NCBI RefSeq assembly: GCF_006345805.1 | Contig: NC_043005.1 | Span: 35,588,001 to 35,652,000 of the forward strand | Reading direction: 5' to 3' | DNA from: Octopus sinensis | Taxonomy: Eukaryota | DNA length: 64,000 nucleotides | Notes under the pieces: model-generated | Databases searched by the model: none | Seen by the model: only the letters and a program-made list of their open reading frames with translations | What the model was told of the DNA's origin: nothing | Position numbers and translations under genes: made by a program | Shown here: in pieces, positions 27,073-40,419 of the stretch | How positions within the stretch are numbered: position 1 is the first letter of the stretch | Layout of the letters: each line of letters opens with the position of its first letter

Positions 27073-27302
27073 TATTTCTTTAATACCCACAAGGGGCTAA
27101 ACACAGAGAGGACAAACAAGGACAGACAAACGGGTTAAGTCGATTACATCGACCCCAGTGCGTAACTGGTACTTAATTTATCGACCCCGAAAGGATGAAA
27201 GGCAAAGTCGTCCTTGGCGGAATTTGAACTCAGAACGTAGCAGCAGACGAAATACTGCAAAGCATTTCGCCCGGCGTGCTAACGATTCTGCCAGCTCGCC
27301 GC
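27073..27302 (-). mobile_element. SINE family A, long-tail form, with a 19-bp TSD
   Basis: TSD CTTGCTAGATATACATACC at 27054-27072 and 27303-27321. Confidence 0.95.
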
Positions 27303-29182
27303 CTTGCTAGATATACATACCAGTGACATTTAGGTGCCATACCTGATGCTTATTGCTGCATTTAGTTTGCTTCCCCATTTCCAATATTTTATATCACAGT
27401 TGCTTCATTTTCAAGATTGATAGAGTAGTGGTAGTGAATGGATCTCCGTCATTTTATTGACTGAATTACCCGCTCCTGAATTTATGTATAAATGGATGGG
27501 TTTTCATCAAATACTTGTACATAACCAGTAGCAGCAATTTAATTGTTTCTCAAGAAATATATCCATCACGTGAATCTCCTCATGTTAACGTACAACAAAG
27601 CCCATATTTCTTATATGGTTAACCAGTGCGGTGTAAATCATAGAATATGAACCTGTCACCCGAGTAGAAGAGATCAGTCTATTTCCAAATAAAGTATATT
27701 GCTTTGTTGATAGTTTTGGCCGATCGAGATGAAACTGACCGACGTGTTAAGAGTTAGCTCTTCAATAACTTAATAAGTCACAAAAAAATGAGCATGGATT
27801 ACATTAACATTGCTCTGTTCAGTTAACCTGGTTAGGACTAGGTTTATTCATCGAAGTAGCTAATAAAAGAATACTAAAGGCCTAGAAAAATGTCATATGT
27901 TAAGAGACAAAAACAAGATCTTGAGTTGAGCCACAAAAGATTCATACTGAGTTCCAAAAGAAAGCTTTATGTTGTACCACAAAAAAATGTCTTGTGTTGA
28001 AATATGTTGTACTTTTGCCAGTACACCATATTACGAATGAAAACGATTCACCATCATTGCTTAGACGATGATATCAAGCAATGTTCTTGTACTTTGTGAT
28101 GACATAAGAGATTATTGGTAAAATGTGCTAAGAGAATTAATCATTTGTCAATATCTTTCACTGAAATCTTCAGACTCAACGGCGGATACATTTCATGGTA
28201 TGAGTGAGAAGATGGTGATGGGATAAGCCTTATACCCTGACCACACACGATACGGTACATTAAATCAAGTATCTTTTGCATGCTATTTAGAGTTTAGTTA
28301 AATTATAGCTTAAACATTGATGCTAATGGTTTAATTATAGCAGAAATTTTTACTGTAAAATTAGTAGATTAATTGTAATCGAAATCCGAATGTTAATTTT
28401 ATTGTGAGTTTCATTTATTTTATGGTGAATAAAAAAACCCAGAAAAGTTGTGAATCTCACAAATACCCAAACTCTCTTTGTGTTCTCTGTAACTATTACT
28501 TACACGCTTGAAAAGGGTGGGCTTATACATTCTAATCAGGGAGTTAAGAAATGTCTTCTCATCACATTGCACCCGTATTAAATAGTTTATTTCAAAACAG
28601 ATTTTGTTTAGAATTATAACGATGTAGTGTTTCTTGATATTATAAACTTGTAATGTTCCTTCGGTGAGTGAATGCTGCACGCTGATTCGTTGAAAATGAT
28701 CCCCTGCTGCCATTTTTACATAAACACCTAAGCAGTCTCCACAAAATTAAAGAGTTCACTAGTTTGACACTGAAGTATATATCAATTACATCTTATATAA
28801 TAATAATATTTAAAAAGTAAGTCGTTCCTCCCTATCGTTTTCACCGCAATCCCCACAATACCATTGATAACTAAGAAAAAATCCAAAAGGTCATGTATTT
28901 TTTAGACTGTTTTATTCTCATTTAAAAAAAAGCTTTTATTGATTTTTGTGTCTTTTTCTTCTTTTAGAGAGTTGGTTTCATACATTGGCCTTCATAATTT
29001 CGAATTTATTAAGTAATATTTACTTTACATTCGAACATACTTTTCATCTGGCTCCAAATACAAGAAGAACAACGAATAATGAATGGTCTTGTATTTTCTT
29101 CTTTCCATCAAATAAACACAGGTGCACAGATGATATCACAAAAATGTACCTAGAGCATATATGCGCTGCCTGCGCGCCTGTG

Positions 29183-29226
<44 letters not shown>

Positions 29227-29894
29227 TAAAGAGAGTTGTATAAATTATGGCTTCAGAAAATCGTGAGGCTATCACAGTAAGCTCCTCATTTAGAAGCAGC
29301 TATCACGTAGCAATCAATTACAATCTACTGTAATGGAATGTGCCCTTATAACTGAAAAGTTCAGAAAATCCGAGCGATAAATTATTCAGTGAGGAGTATA
29401 CAAAATATAAAGTCAGATGTGAGAGGCGAAAATAGATCTATTTATCGATGTGACTTCTATATGATTACGGCCGTTTCGAGCCCTTCTTCGTGTAGTATTA
29501 GTTTCAGTAGGCAAAAAAAAATATAGGTATATGTTTGCATCAATACGTATGCTCTGCATTATACAATGCAATTGTATATTTATAAATTAATGCAGATGAA
29601 GAGAAAAGTTAACTCACCAGATCACCGGAACATTTTGGTTACATCTACGTCCACTTCCCACACTTCCGAATGAGAAAGTGAGAAAATCTCATGCAATAAA
29701 GAACTCTCCGGAACTGGAATGCCATTAAGGAAAAGACTATTTTCTCCTGAAAATAACAGAACAGCTCATACACTCATACACGCACACACATATATACATA
29801 GTTATGTACATATATATATGTATGTATATATATATATATTAATACACACACGCACATACACTCACATACCCCCATACACATATACACACATATA

Positions 29895-30950
29895 CACGAG
29901 GGTAAGTCGAAATTGATACGTTCTCTTGTTTTTGTAATTTATTAAGACAAAAACAAGGGTTGAATAATTACATCATTTTCGACATAGTTTCTTGCTTTTC
30001 GCTTCACTTCTTCCATCGCGCCAAAAGCTTGCTTATTTCATCAAGGAAGGTTTCGATTGGTCTCTCAGCTATTCATTACATTTTGCGCTTATTCGTTCGT
30101 AGCGAATCGACGATATTGTAGAGAGTGTTTTGAACGGTTCAAAGAAGTGATAGTTGGAAGGGGCGAGATGTGGAGTGTATTCAGGGTGTTCCGGAAACAC
30201 GAAACCCAATTTTTCAAGGGCTTCGTCGGCGTGGTCGGTAGTATTTTGGGAGTGCATCGTCGTGTAACAGAAACACTTGTTTTGACATTAAATAGACCTA
30301 TACTTTTATGTAAATTGCTGGTTTCACTTTGTTGGCTAGCATTTCATTGTATCCTACACTGGTCTCTGCAGAGTCCTGTTCCTGGTAATGTTCTCGTATA
30401 AACCCTTTTGCTTTTCCCCCAGCAACCGATTAGCATCACTTTTTCTTCGGAAGGTCGAGTCTTGAATTTCTTTTTCGCTGGCGATTTCGGGTTTTTCCAC
30501 TCCATACTCTGCCTTTTGGATTCTGGCTGAAAGTGATGAACCCAGTATCATCCCTTGTGACTATTCTCTTCATCTCGCTTTTATCGTTGTAGCTATCGAG
30601 TAAGCAAAGATTGTCGTCGATGATTCCGTATGCAGACCCACGACTAATTTGCAGAGAACATGCTACATCATCGATGGTCACTCATCGGTTTACCGGAGTC
30701 ATCTTTCGAACTTGTTGAATCTTCGTGTCAGGGATGGAGGTCGATGGCCATCCTACTCCCTTTTTGTGTTTCATGCTTGCCTGGACATTTTTAAACTTCT
30801 CTATCCATTCACACACACTTTTACGCGATAGAGCGCTATCTCCGTATTGTACTGAGAGCTTGCAATTTCAAGGATTTCAGTCCCTGATGCATCTTCAGAA
30901 CAGAGAAACCGAGTCACTGATTTCCTCCTTGGTGCACACTGCCAATGGAG
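29895..30950 (-). pseudogene. Mariner transposase pseudogene with one TIR
   Basis: HTH region SRKSVCEWIEKFKN...GWPSTS...VTIDDVACSLQISRGSAYGII; PEYTPHLAPSNYHFF (YSPDLAPSDY motif); mariner-like end CACGAGGGTAAGTCGAAA at 29895. Confidence 0.88.
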
Positions 30951-31107
30951 TGGGTATGTTTACTCTGTAACACAAGAAAGAAAATGGAGCGATCAAGGGC
31001 AAAACTCGGTTTCGTAACCAAAAGCAAGTGCTGAAGACAGTGTAGCCAACCTAAACAGAGTTTTGATGAAAGTGCAGTTAATCACACACAAACACACACG
31101 CACGCAC

Positions 31108-31146
<39 letters not shown>

Positions 31147-31790
31147 AACAAACAAATAAACAAACAAACATACACACATGCACACAGACGCGCGCGCGCG
31201 CACACACACACACACACCCACACACACACACACACATATGTATGTCCACTCGAAGGTACCGAAATTGTTGTGATCTTTACTCGAGAGCTGATGAAAGGGA
31301 TGTCCCTCAGTGCTGATTGTATGTAATGTATATATGTATGTATAAACATCGGTTGATAGACATACACTTGATTTGTAGTTCAAGGAAAATAAATCCAAAG
31401 AGAACTCAATGCAAGTTAAAGAGATAATTGTAAAGAAAATAATCATAATAAATCAGATTTATTAGTTTTAGCAAAGTCTCTATACTTTCACTCCGTTATA
31501 AGGTTTGTCAGAAACTAATATTTTCAGTCTGTGACACAATATAAGTTGTTCCAAAATTCTAACGATTCCGAACATTTTCCAACCAGATTTGAATACCACA
31601 CAAAGAATCGGCAAAATTAGGCAACGGTAACGGATCGGAACTATTTATTAAAAAATAAAACCCAGTGATTTTTGCAGTCAAAGAAAGGATGTTGGCTACC
31701 AAGTATGAAAGCTAAAACGACAAAAGTACGTGATGAAAACAAAGCCAGAGTAAAATAAGTGAGAATCATTTTGAGTCTATCTCGAAATGG

Positions 31791-31825
<35 letters not shown>

Positions 31826-32374
31826 CGCTGAACTAAGAAATTTTTGCAAACCATCGCTTTATCTGAAGCATTTATAGATTTTGGACAGTCATATGAGGAA
31901 CATTTTTGTGAGGTTGAGTGGTTCAATACAACGAACTTTATCTGTCAATTCAAGATTTATTAGATTCTGTCTGGAGCTCATTCCAATCCACCAAGCACAC
32001 AACTGCTAACATACATGAAAACGCATGCAAACTTATAAACACACAGACTAGTTAAGTTGTGTCATAATCCTGAGGCTCCAGATTCGATCTCGTCACGTGG
32101 AATCTTCGGTAGACATTTTATCATAGTCTCGGATCAACATAAACTTTGTTAGTGAAATTGGATGCACACAATCAGCGGAGGTCATCAGATGGTTTATGCT
32201 TGGTCTAAACTTGACAACTATTGTGTCTCACTAATACGGCATGAGAACTACTTTGATGGTTCTATGGAATTAAATATTATTTTAACTAGTAGGCAGTACA
32301 GATGACCATATCAACTGAATGCGCATAGTCGAAACCGATGGAGGTTCTACCATCATGGATATCGTTGTCATTTC

Positions 32375-32458
<84 letters not shown>

Positions 32459-33353
32459 CGTAGTCTGATCAATAAGTATCCGGACTGTTGCCATACTAAC
32501 GAAGCTAAAGCACAGACTGTGCTTTAGCTTCGTTTACCGATTGGCACCGATTGACCTGCATGCGCACTAAGTTTTAACATTCTAGCTCACTTCTGCTGTT
32601 TACAGCAGTGTTTGGAAGGACGGTGTGTAACGTATGATCGTCGTATTGACCACGACAGAGAAAGTTGAGCAGAGAATCTGCATCAAATTTTGCCAAAAGC
32701 TTTGGCGACACCTGCTCAGAGGCCTACGCAAAGTTTTCAAAAAGCTTTCATCGTTCTTGACACAATTAAGGAGGTCTTGTGCAACAGGAACCCGACTGTT
32801 ATTTTGGTCAATCGAAAACAATTTTGGCACAAACATGGCAGACACACCTGTAATACCTAAATCTTCTGTGATAATGAGCTGAACTGAGCCGTAACTAATC
32901 TGCACATCCTCTGATAACTCACGGATGATGATTCGACGATTTCCCTTCACAGCTGCACGCACATCTGCGATGTATTTCCCACTTCTGCTGGTTGCGGGTC
33001 TCCCAGAACGTTCATCAATATCGACCTTCATTCAGCCATCTTGGAAACGTTTGAACCATTCGTACACTTATGTGCGGCTCATACACTCCTGTCCATACAC
33101 TTTCTGCAACTTTGCGTAGTCCTCTGAGCAGGTATCGCCATGGCAACTTTCTCTGTCATCGTCAATGCGACCATCACACGCTACACACGTTCCTTCCAAG
33201 TACTGATGTAAGAAGCGGAAGTGAGCTAGAATGTTAGAACTTAGTGCGCATACACAGCAGATGTTACGGTCAATCTATACCAAACGGCTTTACTCTGCGG
33301 GCTTTAGCTTCGTTACTATGGTAACAATCCGGATACATGTTGATCAGACCTAG
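32459..33353. mobile_element. Non-autonomous mariner made of two inverted left ends
   Basis: TA flanks; ends CGTAGTCTGATCAATAAGTATCCGGAC / ATCCGGATACATGTTGATCAGACCTAG; plus arm encodes EKVEQRICIKFCQKL; minus arm encodes the HTH through to KNDESFLK. Confidence 0.88.
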
Positions 33354-33369
33354 TATATCCGTACACACG

Positions 33370-33401
<32 letters not shown>

Positions 33402-33577
33402 CAGAGAGAGAGAGAGAGAGGGGGGAGGGGGAAGAAAGTAAGAAAGAATGAAACAGGAAAGACGGAAGGAGGGAGAGAACTGAAGTTGGTCCAGTGGCCT
33501 TTTACTCTGGACCGGCTTCTGTACACTATTCTATGTATTCCTTAACAACGGACACTCACATACATATATATATATGT

Positions 33578-33612
<35 letters not shown>

Positions 33613-33943
33613 ACATTTATACACACATATATATAAGTATGTGTGTGTGTGTCTATATATACATACTCACACATACGCACATAATACGCTTCATGTAACT
33701 CTATCTAGCTGTATAAAAGAGAAACATGCCATTGCTATCAGATGAGATTATTCGTTACACCAGTGAGAGTTGTCCGTCCGTCATGTCGGAGATTCTGTGT
33801 GCTTTACGCTTAATCCCTTTCTCGTGACATTAAGCTTTAGAAACAAATCCTTCACTGTGAATGAGAAATATCAATTTATCACTGATTTTTTAGCTCATTC
33901 TTTAATCCATTGAAACAATACTATCCCTCTCACTGAAACAATA

Positions 33944-34362
33944 GGCGCAGGAGTGGCTGTGTGGTAAGTAGCCTGTTTACCAACCACATGGTTCCGGGTT
34001 CAGTCCCACTGCGTGGCATCTTGGGCAAGTGTCTTCTACTATAGCCTCGGGCCGACCAAAGCCTTGTGAGTGGATTTGGTAGACGGAAACTGAAAGAAGC
34101 CCTTCGTACATATGTATATATATGTATGTATGCGTGTGTGTGTTTGTGTGTCTGTGTTTGTCCCCATAGCATTGCTTGACAACCGATGTTGGTGTGTTTA
34201 TGTCCCTGTCACTTAGCGGTTCGGCAAAATAGACCGATAGAATAAGTACTGGGCTTAGAAAAAGAATAAGTTCCGGGGTCGAGTTGCTCGATTAAAGGCG
34301 GTGCTCCAGCATGGCCGCAGTCAAATGACTGAAACAAGTAAAAGAGTAAAAGAGAAAAGAGT
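33944..34362 (+). mobile_element. SINE family B, full length
   Basis: GGCGCAGGAGTGGCTGTGTGGTAAG...GACTGAAACAAGTAAAAGAGTAAAAGAG. Confidence 0.95.
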
Positions 34363-34454
34363 AATACTTTAGAGCGCACCAATAAAAGCAGCCGTGAACT
34401 GTTCCTCCCCAGCATATTTATTTACTTCTCGAACCAAATTGTAACCCTTCAATC

Positions 34455-34560
34455 CAATTATGGGCAAGCTGCGGCCCGCGGTACTTTGTTATAGCATACG
34501 CTTCACGAATGTTATCGTGAATACTGTTGATTGTGCGGCCCGCTTTGAAAACGGTTGCCA
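34455..34560 (+). mobile_element. Possible hAT terminal fragment
   Basis: CAATTATGGGCAAGCTGCGGCCCGCGG resembles hAT ends of the form CAGGGATGGGCAACCTGCGGCCCGCGG; no partner TIR seen. Confidence 0.35.
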
Positions 34561-34631
34561 AGATATATTCTTAATTGTCACTCAACCAGTTAGAAATAAC
34601 AATTCAATTTCTATCTGCCTCTCTCTCATTG

Positions 34632-34675
<44 letters not shown>

Positions 34676-35414
34676 GTACACACACAGACACATACGCACA
34701 AACAGACACACATACACTCTCATTCTCTCTCTTATTCTCTTTCTCATTGTCTCTCTCTTTCCCTCCCCCCTCTATCCCTCTCACTCTCTTTCTTCCCTCC
34801 CCCTCTTCCCCTTTCTCCCTCTATATCTCACTCTCTCTAAACCTATCTGTTCTATCTGTGTATACATATCTATCTATCAATCTATAAATCTATCTATTAT
34901 ATACAGATGTGTGTGTGTTTGTGTTTGTGTTTGTGTGTGTATGTGCGTGCGTGCGTGTGTGTGTGTGCGTGTGTGTGTGTGTGTGCATGTGTGCGTGTGT
35001 GTGTGCGTGTGTGTGAGTCTGTGTGTGTGTGTGTGTGTGTGTAAATCGTGTTATGCGTAGATGCGATGCCCGTTACCAGAATTTCGGACCCGAATCAAAT
35101 AGAACAAACCGCTCCAAATCCTTGTCGTGGTATCCGGTGTGAATGGTTTTAGAACTGACTAGAGTCGTATAATATATAGAAATGAAGTCAAACCGAGAAT
35201 AATACTTTTGATGTAATCAGTACGTACGTTTCAGAGTATTGCGCAACAGATAAAAGTGTTATTTCATCTCTTAGGCAAAATCTTAATCAGTTTTGATAAG
35301 TCTTAAGTGAAGAAGATTTCGCGCTAGAGATGAAATGTTTATCTATTGCGCACTTATTTGAAACGTACGCGTTAAATGCTTTCAAAATACCATTACTTGG
35401 TTTGACTTCACGCA

Positions 35415-35487
<73 letters not shown>

Positions 35488-35530
35488 AGATGAGTTTCAG
35501 CCGAAATTGGCCTAGGCTGTATATATATAC

Positions 35531-35672
35531 ACGACGAGTTTCCTCATAGTTTTCGCCTTCCAAATTCACTCGCATGGTATTGATCATCCCGAGGCTACAG
35601 TAGAAGATGGTTACCCAAGGTGCCGTGCAGTGGTGCTGAATCCCAAACCACGCGGTTGCAAAGCAATCTTCT
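35531..35672 (-). mobile_element. SINE family B head fragment, diverged
   Basis: CGAGGCTACAGTAGAAGA...CCCAAGGTGCCGTGCAGTGG...TTCTTAACCACAC. Confidence 0.7.
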
Positions 35673-35835
35673 TAACCACACACATACAATTTATCAAAAT
35701 ACCTTTATCAAAACTCAGCCAGAATTCCATTTAGTTTTGAAACTTGATTCAAATAGACCAGTGGCGCTCAAACATTTTTTTTACCTATGGATCCCTTTAC
35801 TATTTTACTATGGTGGAGCCTCATAGCCGTACTGG

Positions 35836-36219
35836 TGGAGACGCAATGGCCCAGTGGTTAGGGCAGCGGACTCGCGGTCGTAGGATCGCGGTTTCGATTC
35901 CCAGACCGGGCGTTGTGAGTGTTTATTGAGCGAAAACACCTAAAAGCTCCACGATACTCCGGCAGAGGATGGTGGTGATCCCTGCTGTACTCTTTCACCA
36001 CAACTTTCTCTCACTCTTACTTCCTGTTTCTGTTGTACCTGTACATCAAAGGGCCGGCCTTGTCACTCTCTGTGTCACGCTGAATATCCCCGAGAACTAC
36101 GTTAAGGGTACACGTGTCTGTGGAGTGCTCAGTCACTTACACGTTAATTTCATGAGCAGGCTGTTCCGTTGATTCGGATCAACCGGAACCCTCGTCGTCG
36201 TAACCGACGGAGTGCTTCC
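35836..36219 (+). mobile_element. SINE family C, full length
   Basis: TGGAGACGCAATGGCCCAGTGGTTAGGG...GTAACCGACGGAGTGCTTCC; near-identical to 37622-38002. Confidence 0.93.
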
Positions 36220-36254
36220 TTCCACTGTGTTTAGAAACCATAAAGCTATATTAT

Positions 36255-36380
36255 CAGTTGCAGATGAAAATCGTCCAGCAATAGCGGTGAGAATGCTAGA
36301 TGCATGTTTCTACCTCGTTGGGCCTTATCAGTAGTATGTACTCACTGGCAACCGCATGACGAGACAAAATCCGTTGCTAT
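36255..36380 (+). repeat. Unclassified dispersed repeat (second copy at 38955-39082)
   Basis: GCAGA(T/C)GAAAATCGTCC...GCGGTGAGAATGCTAGATGCATGTTTC...GCAACCGCATGACGAGACAAAATCCGTTGCTAT in both copies. Confidence 0.8.
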
Positions 36381-36710
36381 TGAACTAGTTTTATAGATAC
36401 ATCTTTCAAATTTCCCACCTTAATTTTTCACCCATTAACTTGTGTAGGTTGAACTGTGTAATATATACGAGAAAGAAATCCTATTATTTAGACACATCTA
36501 AAACCAAATTTTTTCATGGATCCTAAAAATATTATTATAGCTACTCAGTTTACTATTTCGCTTGCACGAGTCCCCAAAAATTTCATATGGACTCCCAGGG
36601 GTCATATGGACCCCGGTTCAGAACCACTGAGATAGACGTCTAACCATCTACATTTCTCAATAGAGTACAAATTCGCCATTAAGAACACAAAAATGTCACA
36701 CCTCTGACAG

Positions 36711-37345
36711 TGGAGGTGCGTGGCTTGGTAGTTAGGGGGTGTTGGATTCGTGATCGTAAGATTGTTGTTTCGATTCCTCGACCGGGTGACGCGTTGTGTT
36801 CTTGAGCAAAACACTTTATTTCATGTTCTTTTCTACTCTAAGTGCAAGGCCCAAAATTTTTGGTACTTAATTTATCGACCCCGAAAGGATGAAAGGCAAA
36901 GTCGACCTTGGCGGAATTTGAGCTCAGAACGTAAAGACAGACGAAATACTGTTGAGCATTTCACCCAGCGTGCTAACATCTCTTATTTCTTTATTGCCCA
37001 CAAGGGGTTACACATAGAGGGGACAAACAAGGACAGACAAGGGAATTAAGTCGATTACATCGACCCCAGTGCGTAACTGGTACTTATTTAATCGACACCG
37101 GAAGGATGAAAGGCAAAGTCAACCTCGGCGGAATTTGAACTCAGTACGTAACGGCAGACGAAATACCGCTGAGCATTTCGCCCGGCGTGCTAACGTTTCT
37201 GCCAGCTCTCCGCCTTCCCTTCATTTCATGTTACCCCAGTTCACTCAGCTGGCAAAAATGAGTAATCCTGCGACGGACCGGTGTCCCGTCCTGGTGGGGA
37301 ATATATACCCAAGGAAACCGGCCCTTGCGAGTCGGCATCACTCGA
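36711..37345 (+). mobile_element. SINE family D interrupted by a SINE A dimer
   Basis: Head at 36711; body resumes at 37223; TSD ATTTCATGTT at 36818-36827 and 37223-37232. Confidence 0.75.
36828..37216 (-). mobile_element. SINE family A dimer (long-tail unit joined to a headless old unit)
   Basis: Junction at 36980/36981: ...AATAAAGAAATAAGAGA|TGTTAGCACGCTGGG (minus strand). Confidence 0.9.
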
Positions 37346-37621
37346 GAAAGTTACTTTTATTCCTCTAACAGATAACAGAATATCTTCAGACATACTGAAT
37401 AGTGTGTGGTATATAAGCCTTCCTTTCTTGTTTCAATGAAAATTAGCTAGATAGGTTAAGCAACTGGTAAAGGTGTCTCTGTTTTACAAATCATTTACAT
37501 TTTTCTCTTTATCTTTATTTCTCCATTTATTCCATGGCTTAGATTGGTGCTTTTGCAGTTGAAACGTTTGTTAACCTGCAAATCGCTAGAAGTTTCTTAC
37601 CATACTCGGTATATTCATACA

Positions 37622-38002
37622 TGGAGGCGCAATGGCCCAGTGGTTAGGGGAGCAGACTCGCGGTCGTAGGATCGCGGTTTCGATTCCAAGACCGGGCGTT
37701 GTGAGTGTTTATTGAGCGAAAACACCTAAAGCTCCACGAGGCTCCGGCAGGGATGGTGGTGATCCCTGCTGTACTCTTTCACCACAACTTTCTCTCACTC
37801 TTACTTCCTGTTTCTGTTGTACCTGTAGTTCAAAGGGCCGGCCTTGTCACTCTCTGTGTCACGCTGAATATCCCCGAGAACTACGTTAAGGGTACACGTG
37901 TCTGTGGAGTGCTCAGCCACTTACACGTTAATTTCACGAGCAGGCTGTTCCGTTGATCGGATCAACCGGAACCCTCGTCGTCTTAACCGACGGAGTGCTT
38001 CC
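37622..38002 (+). mobile_element. SINE family C, full length, 11-bp TSD
   Basis: TSD ATATTCATACA at 37611-37621 and 38004-38014. Confidence 0.95.
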
Positions 38003-38339
38003 AATATTCATACAGTTTTATTTTCTTCTTTTAAGTTAATCCTAATCTGACCCTTATATCAAATTAAAGTACTTTTCATATCTTTTTTCAAACTTAATCT
38101 ACTTTAATCCCCGCTGTCTCGCTTAAATAATTACCCGCTAGACTCTAAATTTAATACAACCACATTTTCCATATAACATTTCACAGTTAATCTCTTTAAA
38201 CTACCTGATAACTCAACTAATGTTCTTTTATTTTGTTAGTTTCCGTCCACGGACTGTGGCCATGCTGGGAAGTCACTTTCAGTGAGATGTCCTCACCCCT
38301 GTATTTATTGTAACATTCTGTCTATTGTCTTTTTCTTAC

Positions 38340-38506
38340 GTCTTTTTCCTTGCTTCAGTCATTGGACAGCAGCCATGTGGTGGTACCGCCTTGAAAAATT
38401 TTAGCCGAACAAGTCGACCCTAGCACTGATTTATGAGAACTCAAACTGGTTCACAAACACTAATGGGGGACAAACACAAACACAAGGAAACACACACACA
38501 TGTGTG

Positions 38507-38588
<82 letters not shown>

Positions 38589-38741
38589 ATCATTTTAGTT
38601 TTCGTCAACCAAATCCACTAACAAGGGCTTCAGTCACCATGAGGCTATAGTAGAAGACACCCAAAGTGCCACGCAATGGGACTGAACCCAAAACCATGTG
38701 TTTGGGAAGCATACTTCTTACCGCACAGTCACTCCTGCACT
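38340..38741 (-). mobile_element. SINE family B, diverged
   Basis: GAGGCTATAGTAGAAGACAC...GGGACTGAACCC...CTTACCGCACAGTCACTCCTGCAC; internal microsatellite. Confidence 0.8.
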
Positions 38742-40075
38742 CATTATACATACTTTTAAAAAAAATATTTTTCTCTCATAATCACGATTAAAATTTGAGA
38801 TGTGTGCAGGGAAAAGCATTTGCCTGCAAAGTTCTCATCCCTCAACACAACCATTTATATAACAACACGTCCCGGAAAGGTAAATTTACTGTAGCATTTT
38901 GTCCGGAGATAATATCTCTTATGGACGTACTGTGCTTAAAAAACACAAAGATATATCAGTAGCAGACGAAAATCGTCCGGCAACAGCGGTGAGAATGCTA
39001 GATGCATGTTTCCATCTCGTTGGGCTTTGTTAGCTGTATGTACTCACTGGCAACCGCATGACGAGACAAAATCCGTTGCTATAGATATAGGAAAACAGTG
39101 ATTGAAAATTGCCAGTGTTATAAAGTAAATTATTAGATACTGACGTATTGACTACGACAGATAAATTACATTATGTGTTATACACGAGTTTTGTAAGTGT
39201 TATAAGCAAATTTATGCTCCCAAGTCGGGATGCATCTTATATATCGTTATACATGGATTTTTTGGTAGTTTCTTTTTTACCTTTTATCAGTTTATCGGGA
39301 GGCTAATTTCACCTCTTGATATAAGTTCAGTTAAGAAGTTAGCTGCTATTATGGAGTGAAAGTACAAAGAATTTACATCGGTAAATACACATCACATACA
39401 CATCTGCTCCACGCATAAATGTATCTGTATGTATAATTTTGCATATTATATATGTATGTATATGAGAGAGTGTGTGTGTGTGTATGTGTATGTTCATACA
39501 CACACACACACACACGCGCGCACGCACGACACAGACATCACATAGACCGATACTTAAGAAAACAGAAAAAATCAAGTGCTGTGACTTTGAGGTTTTACTG
39601 AAGGTTTGAGGTTTTGCTGAAGTTTTGTTCAAGCAGTGACGATGTTGTCTTCTGAAAATAGAAACAGTATCACAGAATGAATTATTTCAAAGCCACCTCT
39701 ATATCGAATAACATGACAGGCAGAAGACACTTACGAACGCCTTCTGAGTGAAAAATAGTTATGTCAGCGCTGATGCATCTAATTAGTCAACCAACAAATG
39801 GTTAATTAATTAATTCTCGTTACGCGCATAATGATACGAGAAACATTATTAGTACAAGAATGAAATCATGTTAAAAAAATAACAAGGGACACAATACTGA
39901 AACAAATTCTATCTATGTATGTACGTATGTATGTATGTATGTATGTATGTATATGTATGTATGTATGTATGATGTATGTATGTATGTATTTATCTGTCTG
40001 TCTGTCTATCTATCAATCCCTGTGTGTAAATATGCATGCATGCGTACATATACATACTTATATATACGTACAAAA

Positions 40076-40291
40076 AAGGCGGCGAGCTGGCAGAAACGTT
40101 AGCACGCCAGGCCGTATTTCGTCTGCCGTTACGTTCTGAGTTCAAATTCCGCCGAGGTCGACTTTGCCTTTCATCCTTTCGGGGTCGATTAAATAAGTAC
40201 CAGTTACGCACTGGGTTCTATGTAATCGACTTAATCCGTTTGTCTGTCCTAGTTTGTCCTCTCTGTGTTTAGCCCCTTGTGGGTAGTAAAG
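40076..40291 (+). mobile_element. SINE family A, long-tail form
   Basis: AAGGCGGCGAGCTGGCAGAAACG...CCCCTTGTGGGTAGTAAAG; TSD TATATATACGTACA on both sides. Confidence 0.92.
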
Positions 40292-40327
40292 ATATATATA
40301 TATATACGTACATACTTATATACAATG

Positions 40328-40364
<37 letters not shown>

Positions 40365-40419
40365 GTAGAAGGTTGAAAAGGAACACGCGAGTTGATATAT
40401 ATATATATAATGCTAGATG

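Larger units (their letters stand above)
35759..36629. mobile_element. Second copy of the hAT MITE, with nested insertions
   Basis: TIRs CAGTGGCGCTCAAAC / GGTTCAGAACCACTG; TSD AAATAGAC / AGATAGAC (7/8); internal CCCATTAACTTGTGTAGGTTGA shared with 2734-3317. Confidence 0.85.

Noticed and set aside
28174-28197. Possible 24-nt micro-exon (TTCAG|...|GTATGA)
   Set aside because: Splice-like dinucleotides occur by chance; no neighbouring exons or recognisable peptide; RNA-seq needed
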